Notes: generated from the sequence alone by a model not told the origin. A stretch of 64,000 bases of DNA from the human T2T-CHM13v2.0 reference genome, Homo sapiens (GCF_009914755.1 NC_060935.1); one strand, 5' to 3'. Shown: positions 1 to 15,155, counted from the stretch's first letter. A program made the numbers and translations.

Positions 1-480
1 TCAATGAGTAAAGCTTTTTGCCTTTTTGAGTTATCGTTTTGGCTAAATAAATGACTTAATGGAGACCTAGGATTTGATTTTATAGCATCAAGTGTTTCAA
101 ACCTTTGATATTTGACTTTCAAACCTTTGATATTTGGCAAAGTTTCCAAAATCAAATGATTAATTATATCTTTTTCTGACCTAATTAATCCATTAGATAT
201 TAGGTCCCCTAAAGTCCAAAAATGACATATTTGGCTTATTTGGTATATTAAAATCATACAGGAAGCACTGTCAAATATGAAATGGTGTTTTGCTTTTTTT
301 AGACTGTATTTGTATAAATGTTATTGGTGTGCATTCCAAAATTATGATAAACTCTTATAATTCTGATATGACTTAGTGTATGTTATCAGCAACAATTATG
401 ATTGTTATGTTAAATTAAGGTGTGCCACAAAGATAAGCAAATTTGCTTGTCAGTTGTGTCTTTGACTATGGCTCCCCTAA

Positions 481-845
<365 letters not shown>

Positions 846-1656
846 TAAAAGGCATTATATAATCAGCTGTAGGACTATGACAGATGCTCTTGAATGCAGG
901 TCTCTGATAACTGTGGAAAATGGACCATTAAAATAGAGAGGAAGAAACTTCCAAGACTCTCTTGAAAAACTAATGTGTACATAAATATTGAGCAAAGCAG
1001 GGGTTAGTTGCATAGACTGAACTAATACAAGAACAAAAGAATCTTTTTATGACTTTTTGCTTAAAACATTTCTGATCCTTTCTGTTTTTTCAGAGTCAAG
1101 AAAACTTTTCTTTTGAGCTATTTGTAGCTTTTAACAAAAATATACTCTTATGAGGAAAATTTGGAGCATACATCTTTCTCTCTACTTGATTGCTCCAGAA
1201 TTTGAAAACTTTGTGATAATTCTTAACTTATGGCAATATAGTTACTTGCATAAGTGCAATAGGAATCTGCTTTCTTTTATAACAGGACACAATTGGAGAC
1301 ACTGGTTATTTTACCAAGGCTTTGACTGGAATGGCATGCTTTCTGATACAAGCAGACTCCTTTCAGGAATCAAAATTGACTTACAGAGCCAATAAAAGCC
1401 CCTTGGGAAAACTGGCCTCATACCTTGTATACACAGTCCCTGTACAGGGTTCCTGACTTGTGGCAAGTAAAGAATGTCACTTTCTGACTGGCCAAGTAGC
1501 TCTAAGTTATCTTGGGACCTCAAGAGGTATGAAATTTATCCAACTCATGGAGCTATTTCATGGTACAAACCCATGGCTGGGCTCAAGGCTTTAAAAACTG
1601 AGATTCCTTATGGAACAAAGTTCCATCAAAGCCAATTTAAAAAAAAGAGCCTATGT

Positions 1657-1973
<317 letters not shown>

Positions 1974-2082
1974 TATGTGGCAAATAATTATTCTGGCTGT
2001 GCTTTATGCAAATAATCAGGCCAAGTATATACAAGGAAATTGGTCCCATTATGATTTGTTTTTAATAAAAATAGGAGACTAG

Positions 2083-2424
<342 letters not shown>

Positions 2425-2550
2425 GTACACCTGTTATTAAATTCTCATCTCATCAGTTGTTTTTGAGTGTTTTCTGCAATTTAGACTGACCCTGCTTATT
2501 CCTGTGAACCAACCAGTGATCTCTGACTGCAGCTCAGAAGAAACAAGAGG

Positions 2551-2854
<304 letters not shown>

Positions 2855-3364
2855 AGAAATAAGAGGGATGGGTAATGTCAATCTTTGGATCTAATTCTGG
2901 CATGAATCTAATTCTGATTAGAATTAGCTAGCAACTCCATATCAGCTTGGTTCCAACAGTTGCCCAGTTCATGGAAAGCCTTCTTATTTAGTTTACTTGG
3001 GATAGTTTTACTTATTTTGCTTTACTATTGTGGAATATATTGCTGTTGTACTCCTTGTGTAGGAATGCAGGATAAGCTTAGTCAACATTTTCTTAAATTG
3101 AATACTTATTAATCTTCTAGATTTCACCTTTTGTCGGAACTCAGAGTTATGAATGGCCCTCAGCATACCAGTGCTTTCTGACTGAGCTCCTCTCTACCCT
3201 GGATACAAAAGATCCTAATAGAAAGGCAGGAATATCGTCACCCTTATTCAGCCTGAAGAAGCTGCAAAAGATGGATTTTTGTCCCTCTACAACCCTTAGA
3301 ATTAAGGGTCCACTTATAAAGGGGAGGGGAGAAATATGTCAGGTATTAGAACCAGAGTGACTCA

Positions 3365-3680
<316 letters not shown>

Positions 3681-4119
3681 CACCAGAGTGACTCCATCTT
3701 GATTATGGACTGGGTAAAATAAGGCTGAGACCTACTGGGCTGCATTCCCAGGAGGTCAGACATTCTTAGTCACAAGATGGGATAGGATGTTGACAGGACT
3801 GGTATCACAAGATACAGGTCACAAAGACGCTGCTGATAAAACACGATGCAGTAAAGAAGAAAGCCAAAACCCACTGAAACCAAGAGGGCAACAGAAGTGA
3901 TCTCTGGTTGTCCTCAATGCTCATTATATGCTAATTATAATACATTAGCATGCTAAAAGACATTCCCACCAGGGCCATGACAGTTTACAAATAAATGCCA
4001 TAGCAATGTCAGGAAGTTACTCTATATGGTCTAAAAGGGGGAGGAACCCTTAGTTCTGGGAAGTGCCTGCCACTTTCCCAGAAAACCCATGAATAATTCC
4101 TCCCTTGTTTAACATGTAA

Positions 4120-4848
<729 letters not shown>

Positions 4849-6169
4849 TATTCCTTTACTTTCTTAATAAACTTGCTTTCACTTTATTCTATGGACTCGC
4901 CCAGAATTCTTTCTTCCATGAGGTCCATGAACCCTTTTTGGGGGTCTGGATCAGGATCCCTTTCCAGTAACAAATACGCAAAGGAAAGGAAAGAAGAGTA
5001 AGTATCTTGTGGGTAAGGGGCTATGCTGGATATGGTAGATGCATCAGCAAACTTCCTTTCACGCCACCCCTTCCAGGTTTGCTATTTTATAGAAAAGGAA
5101 ATTGAAACTCAGAGGGTTAAACAATTTGCCAAAGCCACATGGTAGATGAAGAGCCTTAAACCCATGTTTGCCTGGCCCCAAGCCCAGAGGCTAACCGGAT
5201 AGCCCGGAATGTCCTTAGGGACACTGCTCCACATATTATCTCAGGACAGCATCAATATTTAACCCTCACCAAGGGTCTGGAAGAGAAGTTCTGCTAAAAT
5301 CTTTGTCCTTTTCTTAAGTGCCTCCAGGAGCGGACTCTGTGTCACTGACCACGTTGGCCACTCCAGGGTTCACCTCCCTGACCCAAGCGGGCTCCAGCAT
5401 GACAGAGGCCTTCTAGAATGGATTCTAGGCTGCTGATAACTGTAAGCAGAAAGGGCAGAAGGGACCTGGAGGAATGCCTGGGCTGGGGTTGGGTATGTGG
5501 AGCCTCCCACAGACCGTGGGCCATGGGGCACACAGTCAGTAATGGTGATGGGTCATGGTCATTTATCTTCAAAGCTTCTGGCCCACCACAATGGGGAAGC
5601 AGAACCAGCACCTGCCACCTGTTCCAGAGGCAGGGAACGAAACCACAAAACCCACAGATCATCTGTGAACATACACTTCTCTGGGTGTGTCTGTCTCTTT
5701 CCCTGTGAGTATACTTGGAACTAGGTATATCTGGGTGTGCCAGATACATTCTCAGCATATCTATTTATCTGTGTGTTTGTCTTCTTCCTTCTTTTCCTTT
5801 TTTCCACCATTCTCTTAAATGTTTGTCCCCAAAGTGCTTGTTCTAGTCCTCTTCTCTACTCCCTCAAGGCTCCTCTCTGGTTCATCACATCCATAGACTT
5901 TCAGTATGGTTGAGACTTCCAAATCTTCCCTGTGAGCCTGAGCCCTAGTTTTGTATCCAGTTCCACCCAAACATTCTCCACTAGGCTGACACACACATTC
6001 AGCTCACTCCTTACAACTCAACAACTGACGCCCTCACACTGTTATCAGAACATCTGACCTTGTCACACCCTCCTTAACATCTCTGATTTCTTCGACATAT
6101 CTGCAGGTGGGGTGGGGGTGGAATCGGGTATGTGTGGTGACCCTGAGAGTTGGTTAAAAGTGCTCTGGA

Positions 6170-6469
6170 GGCCGGGTGCAGTGGCTCACACCTGTAATCC
6201 CAGCACTTTGGGAGGCCGAAGCGGGCGGATCATGAGATCAGGAGATCGAGACCATCCTGGCTAACATGGTGAAACCCCATCTCTACTAAAAATACAAAAA
6301 GTTAGCTGGATGTGGTGGTGGGCGCCTGTAGTCTCAGCTACTCGGGAGGCTGAGGCAGCAGAATGGCGTGAACTGGAGAGGCGGGGCTTGCAGTGAGCTG
6401 AGATTGCGTCACTGCACTCTAGCTTGGGCGACAGAGCGAGACTCTGTCTCAAAAAAAAAAAAAAAAAAA
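6170..6469 (+). mobile_element. Alu (Y/Sc-like), TSD AAAAGTGCTCTGGA
   Basis: Full-length Alu with A tail and flanking direct repeat. Confidence 0.95.
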
Positions 6470-6819
6470 GTGCTCTGGAGGCCTGAAACAGAAAAGAAAT
6501 TAGCTGAGATCCAGCATCAGGTTGGGAATAAGATAATCAGTTTAGGGCTGGATTATGATTTCAAGCAGGACAAACTAAGTGAGGAAAAATATCCTGTGGC
6601 AAAACAACAGAGGTCAGAGATGAAGGAGGCCACTGGGTGAGAAGAAGCCCCATGGGGGAAGCGAGGCAAGCTCAGAATGATGATGGGTCATCATTTCTGT
6701 GCATTGCCCATGTCGCTGGTGGGTGACAGCGGGCACAATTAGAGATGCTAAGGAACAGAGGACAATTGGTTTAGTGTCATCTACTATGTCAAGTCTAAAC
6801 TTCTTAGTAGAACCTTCAT

Positions 6820-7135
<316 letters not shown>

Positions 7136-7984
7136 TGAGTTGGCTCATGCTTCTTCAGTTTCACCTTCTCACTCCCCAGCTCGAATCAGTACTACAGATA
7201 TTTCCCTGAATTCAGTGTGTCTCTTGTGCTCTTATGTACACATGCAATTCCCTCTGCCTAGAATGGCATATACATTGGTGTCTGCTCAATAAAGACTAAC
7301 TCGTTCTTCTAGATTTAACTCTAGCTCCTGCAATTGCTCCAGGTGTAATTTATAATTCTGATGTCTTTTTTTAATGCCACCTGTGACACCTTCATACTTC
7401 ATTAGGTCAGCTACCACATTGAATAATTGTTTACTTGCCTGTCTGAAATGAACTGTGAGCTCCATAAGGATAGAGAATATATTTTACTCAATATTTTACA
7501 CCCCAGAACCTAATACAGTGGTTAGCACATATTAGGTGCACTGTAAACATTTGTTGGATGAATGAGTGAGTGAATGGGCTCACAAGCACAGGGAAAATTA
7601 CAAAGCTGTGTGAAAAGGGCCATGCCAATAGGTTGGAAAGGAAGAAATGCCAGTTCCTACCAAAAGGGAGAAATGTCCATTTTCAGGAAGCCTTATCCCA
7701 CTTTCTGCCTCCTGCAATATGCAATTCAAAATAAAAACACTAGTAAATAGTAAACACTAGTAAATAGTAAATGAAAATTTACTTTTGAAACAACAAATCT
7801 CAACCATATGAATGAAGTCAGAATAAGCTCTTTCTCTTTGGGAAGAGGGTGGTGCCCTTGCTTTGTGGGTGCCTATATCAGCCAGGGTACTGGCACACTC
7901 AATAATTTAACTGAAGAGAATTTAATGACTATTTGCAGAGACGAAACTAGCCATGGGTGAGGAGGCACCTAAAGACTAGCAATA

Positions 7985-8289
<305 letters not shown>

Positions 8290-9150
8290 CTAGCAACAGC
8301 AGGAAACTGTTGCCACCCCTGGCCTGAAGGTATGGGGAGGGAGCCTGGGGCTGTAGCCATGGAGAAGCAGGCCACAGCCAGAATCTCAGCCTGGTCCATC
8401 AGGCCTCGTCCATGTTCTCATCTCCTGCCTCTGAATTTCATTGGCTGAACTCAGCCAGAAGCCAGGGCCCTGGTGATCCCTGAAGATACAGTCCATAGAG
8501 CTCAGGCTCCCAGGACAGGGTAGAGAAGAGCCAAGAATGAATCTAGGTGGTGGGAAGGCAAATGGAGAAAAACCGGCATTGAGGGGGGATGCCTCTGCTT
8601 TGTAGGCGACTTGTGTATATGATTAGTTTGCCTACTGGGTAATCAAGCACTGAGTGGAACCCTGTAGATGGGAGTTCTAAGTCTCATGTTTTGTATTGTT
8701 AGGTATTTGTATGTGCAAGCTTCTTAGAACTGGTGCCACTAATTAGTAGGTCTTGGGTGGGGCAACGGCATCTATGTTTTTAAAAGCTTTCCAAGTAATT
8801 TTGATAGGTACCGCTTGTTGAGAACCACGGATATAGTCCACCTTCTCATTTTTATAGAGAGGCAAACTAAGGTCTAGAGAAATGAAAAATGCCCTGACTT
8901 GGCAAATTTCTGTTTGAGAACTATCCCTCAGGTGATGTTAGAGGGTTTGGCTGGAAAACTGGAATATTTGCACCTTCTACTAGCCCATTTCCTCCATTTT
9001 ATTCATGAGAAATCTGAAGCTCCAAAGATGGAATGATGTGCTCAATTATACACCACAGTAGTGAGTCATGGAGAAGGAAGCACTAGGACTAAGAATGGCA
9101 TTTCTAACTCTCAAGCCAGTGTTCTCTCTAGGCAGCACACTTGGTAGAAA

Positions 9151-9170
9151 TGTGTGTGTGTGTGTGTGTG
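9151..9170. repeat. (TG)10 microsatellite
   Basis: tgtgtgtgtgtgtgtgtgtg. Confidence 0.9.
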
Positions 9171-9263
9171 AGTGACAAAGCCCTGGGGCAGCAGTTATAG
9201 TCCTTCATTCTGGTAAGGTGCTCTCCCCAAAGCCCCTAACTGGAAAGAAAGAGGAGTAGGCAG

Positions 9264-9276
9264 AGGTCATTGACCC
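9264..9276. promoter_or_regulatory. IR1 nuclear-receptor element AGGTCA-T-TGACCC (FXR/RXR-type), candidate
   Basis: Exact RGGTCA-N-TGACCY inverted repeat about 1.5 kb upstream of the TMEM86A CpG promoter. Binding is not shown by the sequence. Confidence 0.45.
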
Positions 9277-10559
9277 TTAGAACTCTATGCTGGAGGGGAC
9301 TGGAGGGGATGGGGGGAAGATCTGGGTGACTCCTGTCCCAAGCCTTGACTCTCACTCTTGTTGTACTGGACTCTGAATCTCTGGTTGCCAATTCTGTCAC
9401 CAGAAGAGGACTATCACCCCTCTGAATGGGTGTTGGGACTTTAGGGAAAACTGGGTAGGATCCAGAAGGAAAAGGAAGAGACCCATTGTGGGAGGGGCTT
9501 ACAGGAGACTTCAGCCTGTCGGTCTCTGCCCAAACAGCACAAGGCTCAGGACCAGCACAAGGGCCTGTGTCACCATGCCAGGATGTTTGAAACTCCTTTT
9601 TGGCTGCTAATTAGGGCTGGTCACCCCTTTCCCATCAATTCCCAAAGCCTGACACACAGCTACTGCCCTTCTACAGTAGCTTACAGACTACTTGCCCATC
9701 CTTTGAGATACAGCTGAAATCTCCATCTCCAGGATTGCTAGACTTAAATTTCCTAAAACCAGCAGCCCTTCCTCTTCCCCAACCTATACATGTCAGAGTT
9801 GGGTGGAACCTTAGAACTCACCCGCTCATCTTCTAAGTGAGGAAATCAAGACCAGAGAGGGGAAGTGATTCACCCAATCTAACAGCATGGAAGTGGCAAA
9901 ACTGGGACTAGATTTCAGTCCATCTGGCCACCTACCTCTCCATGTAACTCCAATGATTCTGAACATGCACCGCTCTGAATGAGCTTGTGTTCCTTTAGTC
10001 TACGTAAAATCAACATTAAATCCACTTGGGACGTATTTTTGGCAAAGTTAGCTCACGCTTCTTTGGGTCTGCCTGTCTGTCATTCTTGGGGTGCTCTTGT
10101 ATGTGTGGCAGTGGTCTCTGAGTTGTAAGAGGTGTGTGCCTACGGCCAATTATCTGTGTTTGTTTCTATATTAGGGTCATGGGTCTACGAGCTGCTGTAG
10201 AGTCCCTGTATATGTCTCTTTTCTTACATGGAGCATATATGTCAATTTGTGGTTGTTGGTTTTGGATCTGTGTACTTGTTGAGTGCTTAAGGGTAATTAT
10301 GATTCTGTATGTGTGATGTATATGCTACGATTATGGGTCCATGGCTGCTGCATACCTATATACGTGCCGCTTTTCAAGTCGAAGGTTGTGTGTTTGCTGA
10401 TGATTTGGATGTGTGTTTGTACACAGTGAAGGTTGTGAGTCCAGTTGCAATCGTATCGGCGTGGACTGCATGTTTAAAGGCTTAAGGGAATCTGTCTTTG
10501 CCTTTTGCTCCCGGGTTATGAGAAAATGTATGTGGCTGTGCGTCCAGGACAGCAATGTG

Positions 10560-11460
10560 TTTGTCTCTCAGCCAAGCTCAGTCCTCACCCAGGCACCGGG
10601 GTCACGGTCACGTTCACGTTCCGTGGACGCCTTGGCACGGCCTCCCAAGGGGGCGGGGCCTGGGGGGTATCCGCCTTCTGACCCCTGGGAGATGCCTCCT
10701 TTCTCCGAGCAGCAGCCGGGGGCCTGGCCGGCGCCGCCAGCCGGGCCCCGCCCCCCCGGCTCCCGCCCGCTCATTGGCCCTGGCAGCGGTGACGTCACGG
10801 GGCTAGCTGACAGAACCCGGGCGCCGGGCGCTCGGGAGGTATTGTCCGTCCCTCCGGGCTTTGTAGAATCGTCGCCGGCTTACCTGGCCGTGGGCGCGTC
10901 CTGGCCGCTGCAGCCCGGAGCAGGGTGCCAGCCGCCGCCGCCGCCGCCATGGTGTCCCCGGTCACTGTGGTGAGTGAGCGAGCGAGCGAGCCAGTGCCCG
11001 GCGCGGCTGGAGCCCACCGGCCTGGCCACCGGACTTCGGCAGGCCGAGCTGCCGAAGGGGCCGAGGCGGGGCGGGGGTCCCGTGGCGGCCGGAGTCCCGC
11101 GGCGGGAGGCGGGCGCTGTCACCGCCCCCCGCTCCTCAGACTCGCGGCGCCCCTCCTCGCGCGCCCCCAGCCCGCCCGCGGAGGGAGGAAAACACTGGCC
11201 ACGTGACTCGGAAGCGTGACTTTGTTGATCTCCATGTATTTGGCGCGGGTCGGCGGGGTCGCGGCCCGGGAGAGGGAGGGGACCGCTGCCGGCCGCAGAG
11301 TTCCGCGTAGGCGGACCACAGGGAGGCGTGGGGGCGGGGGATGCTGGGAGGATAACAGGGACCTCCTGGGAATGCCGTCCCAAGTTTGTTTCCTAACCTT
11401 CCTCATTTTGTAAACAAGTTGGCGGACGCCCCTGAGTCTAAGAAGCGCTGATAACGCGCT
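10560..11460 (+). promoter_or_regulatory. TMEM86A: TMEM86A CpG-island promoter (GC boxes, inverted CCAAT, CRE, E-box)
   Basis: Very CpG-rich. GGGGCGGGG at about 10650, CCCCGCCCC 10746-10754, ATTGG 10773-10777, palindrome GTGACGTCAC 10789-10798, CACGTGAC 11200-11207. Encloses the first coding exon. Confidence 0.85.
10931..10948 (+). repeat. (GCC)6 trinucleotide repeat abutting TMEM86A start codon
   Basis: gccgccgccgccgccgccATGG. Confidence 0.9.
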
Positions 11461-14071
11461 GGGGGAAAAGGGGGCATTCTCTATGACATCCCGTGCTTTT
11501 CAGACTTTTTCAACTTGAACCTTTTGTTTCGTCTCCCCATCCTCCTTATTCTACTACTGGGTTCCCTATAACTGTCAGGGTCTCTCCAGCTACTGCCAGT
11601 ATCTCCTTCTAGAAAATATGGGGCTGGGAGAGGCCATGGAGCGGAGGTTAATGCTCCCAGGGGCTGGCAGGTGGTTGCTGGGCATTGTGGGCCTGGGCAT
11701 CCCCTCCAGCCGCCTCCTCTGACCATGCCCCTACCCTGACCAGCCTTAATTTCCATGGGAAGTGGAAGTCATCTCTTCTCACTGCTCTTACCTCTGGCAG
11801 AACAAGGAAAGGCTTGGACCCTGGAACCACCCATCCGCCTCTTCCCAATCCTCCTCATCACAGTCTGATCAGTCCTTAGGTACCTGGTCGTCTGGACTCT
11901 GAGTGTTTCCCAAGTCCTGTGCTGGGCAGCTCACCTAGCCAGAGACACAATCGCTTTGGGCAGAGTGTGGGTGTACAGGGAACTCCAGCTGCTCCATATC
12001 ACCCTCAATGGATCTGTTAGCAGCCCAAGGAAAGGAGTTTCAAGGATCACAGATTCAGAACATCGCTGCAGCCCCCTCCCCCAGCTTGGACTCTGCCTGC
12101 AGTGGCCTTGGGTACAACCTTTCTTTAGCTGCCCTCTGCTAATCCGGCTGAGACCAAGTCAGCTGCTCTAACTTCCCCCTCTCAGTTCCCCATCTCCCAG
12201 CCTGTCTGCTGGCTCCAGATCAGAAGCTGGGAATAGAACCTCTCCCCCCTTTCCTGCCTCTTTCTGGTGTGGCTTGAGTTGCTCTTGTTCTCTGGGAAAT
12301 GAGGCTGACTGACACACACCCTCCCTTCCCCCAATCCTTGAAATCTTTGGTGTTTGAAGGACAATTTTCTTGCTCCCAACTCATGGGTCCATTTATCTAG
12401 CCAGCATCCCTAGCATAGCCCTCCTTGCCCTTGATGCCACCTTCAGGCTGGGGCAGGTGGAGTGGAGGCTGAGGAACAGACTGGTTGAGGAGGAGAGAGG
12501 CTGTGGTGGCTGAGGTGATTGCCATTGCCTGCTTTCCCACATTCCTGGCACACACCTGGTGTTGCCAGGGCCCTAAGGCTGCACCCTGGCCCCATGCTGA
12601 GGATCACGAGTTGGCCAGTCAGGGTGTCTCTGTGGTTTCCCACTGACTTCACTCCATTCCAGAGTGAACAGCTGGGGGCTGTTGCTGGCAGAGAGGAGGG
12701 GCTAAAGGGGCCCTGAGGAGGGAGAAGGAGGGGGCAGGAAGGGAGAAGCACACTAGGCTGCAGAAGGGTCCCCCTCCTAATATACTGAGCCTCAGGGCAG
12801 TAATGGGTTTGGCCACAACCTGCTGGCTGGTAGAGGCAGGCCAGGCTGGGTTTCTCTGTGTCAGTCTTCTCAGGTTGGGGGTGGAAGTGAGGTGGGGGTA
12901 TGGATGGGAGTGTCTCTGGGGTGGATGCCTAGGCTGAGGGTGCTGGCTTTCAACCCCCAAGTTCTGAGTGCTGCCCTTGTCCTGTGTCCTCCAGGTGAAG
13001 AGTGAAGGACCCAAACTGGTGCCGTTCTTCAAGGCCACCTGCGTGTATTTTGTGCTCTGGCTGCCCTCATCTAGCCCATCGTGGGTCAGCACCCTCATCA
13101 AGTGCCTGCCTATCTTCTGCCTCTGGCTCTTCCTTCTGGCCCATGGCCTGGGATTCCTGCTGGCCCACCCCAGCGCCACCCGCATCTTTGTGGGGCTTGT
13201 CTTCTCTGCTGTAGGTGACGCCTTCCTCATCTGGCAGGACCAAGGATACTTCGTGCATGGTCAGTGGCCATAGTAGTTGCCTGGGAGGAGTCCTGGGGCT
13301 GGGGGATAGAGGGTCCTGGGCTGTGGGCAAAGATTTGGAAGAGGGAGTTCTTGAACCAGAGTGTGGGGAGCCTGAGGGTTTCTGAGGCCAGGGACTGTGA
13401 GGGTCCTTGTTAGGGGATGACCTCGCAGGGGAACTAGTGATCAGTTCCAGAGTCCTTCAGGGGACTGGGGTGGTGGTCTTTAACTTTAGATCTTCCTACC
13501 CCTGTTATCCCAAAGCAAAGCTGCTGGGTTATCCCAAACACTCCACTCCATCGCCACATCCATCCCTACCCCCACCCTGTTACTCATTCTTCATCAAGCT
13601 TGCCCTCAGCTGCCTTTGCCCCTCTTACCCCCAGGTCTGCTGATGTTTGCTGTGACCCACATGTTCTACGCCTCGGCCTTTGGCATGCAGCCACTGGCTC
13701 TTCGGACAGGTCTGGTGATGGCAGCGCTGTCGGGCCTGTGCTATGCCCTCCTCTACCCATGCCTCTCAGGTGCCTTCACCTACCTGGTGGGGGTCTATGT
13801 GGCCCTTATCGGCTTCATGGGCTGGCGAGCTATGGCAGGGCTGCGGCTGGCCGGGGCAGACTGGCGCTGGACAGAGCTGGCAGCTGGCAGTGGTGCACTC
13901 TTCTTTATCATCTCAGACCTGACCATCGCCCTCAACAAATTCTGTTTTCCTGTGCCCTACTCTCGGGCGCTTATCATGTCCACCTACTATGTGGCCCAGA
14001 TGCTCGTCGCCTTGTCAGCTGTCGAAAGCCGGGAGCCTGTGGAACACTACAGACTGACCAAGGCCAACTGA
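10949..14071 (+). CDS. TMEM86A: Transmembrane protein 86A, lysoplasmalogenase (YhhN family), 240 aa; join(10949..10969,12995..13259,13635..14071)
   Basis: Strong Kozak GCCGCCATGG. MVSPVTV|VKSEGPKLVPFFKATC...GYFVH G|LLMFAVTH...RLTKAN*. GT-AG junctions in phase 0 and 1; 21+265+437=723 nt. Multi-pass hydrophobic protein with YhhN-type GD and SD motifs. Confidence 0.97.
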
Positions 14072-15155
14072 GGTGCCAGGGTCTGGTCACCCCTCTCTCC
14101 TCCTGGGGCTGGGGCCCAGATCCTGGGGACCTGCAGGAGCTGGATCAGGATGGCTGCAGTGCCAGCCTGGGGCAGCAGGTACTGCCTGAGGAATTTGCAA
14201 GTTCGTGTGGGGAGGCTGGAAAAGGATCTCCCTAGCAGAACTCGTGGTTCAGGACAATGCTGAGAGCTAAAAGAGCCAGCCTAATATCAGACTGGAGCCA
14301 GAAGTAGACATCTCCCCACCTCTACCCTATCAGGACTTTCAAAACCCCCCTGGAAGGTGATGGTGCTCAGCTTCTTGACACCCCCCCACCCACTTCCCCT
14401 ACCAGGTGGAAGAGTCTGACTCCATGTGTTATGCCTAGGACCAATGGCAGTGCTGGGTTCACCCACTCCTCCCCTTTTTCATCTGCACAAAGTTGAGGGA
14501 AACGGGAGAATCTGTGCTGAGAAGACTCAGACCCAGGAGCCCCTTTCACAGGCCCCTAGTTGGGAAGACTGGATGAGAGTGGAGCCTCCGTTTCTTTTCC
14601 CTCTTCTATCCTTGTTACTTGAACAATCTCAGTCTCTAAGTGGTGGGTGGGGACATGAAGAGGTGTGGGTCCAGGTTAGGCAGGAGAGAGAACTTCTTTG
14701 GTCTCGGAGTTTGGGGTCTCAAGAATTCAAGTAGCCCCATCTCTCTCTCGGGCAAGCCCAAAGCTCAGGTCCCATACGCTACCCTTAGATCCTATCCCCA
14801 GGGCTAGGGTGAACCATGCCAAAGGAAGGGGCCAGCTTCTCTGTGTGTGTGTGTAGCCTGTCTCCTAGTCTGCCTATGTCTTTCTCTGCTATATGTTTCT
14901 GTCCTGCTGTCTGTCAAAAGTCTCACAGAGAGAGGGCCTCAGGGAGCTGCTGAGGGGTGCTGAGCCTGGCTCAGGGAGCTGGGACCCCTCCCCTCCAACA
15001 CACATACTCACAGTGCTTTCCTCCTTGTCCCTCCTACACTAGGAGCAAGAGGAGGGGGCTCCAATGACACTCCGGGGTTTTAAGACCCAAGGCACATTCA
15101 ATGCAAGGGGAGCAAGGATGGGACAACTCCATCTTCTGCTGCCCATGTGAAAAAT

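Noticed and set aside
10413-11413. Overlapping Pro/Gly/Arg/Ala-rich ORFs of up to 186 aa
   Set aside because: Stop-codon depletion in the CpG island. Only 10949-10969 is supported by Kozak context, donor and phase.
12649-14235. 193-aa antisense ORF and 211-aa alternative-frame ORF over TMEM86A
   Set aside because: Shadow frames of GC-rich coding exons, with no recognisable domain or splice support.
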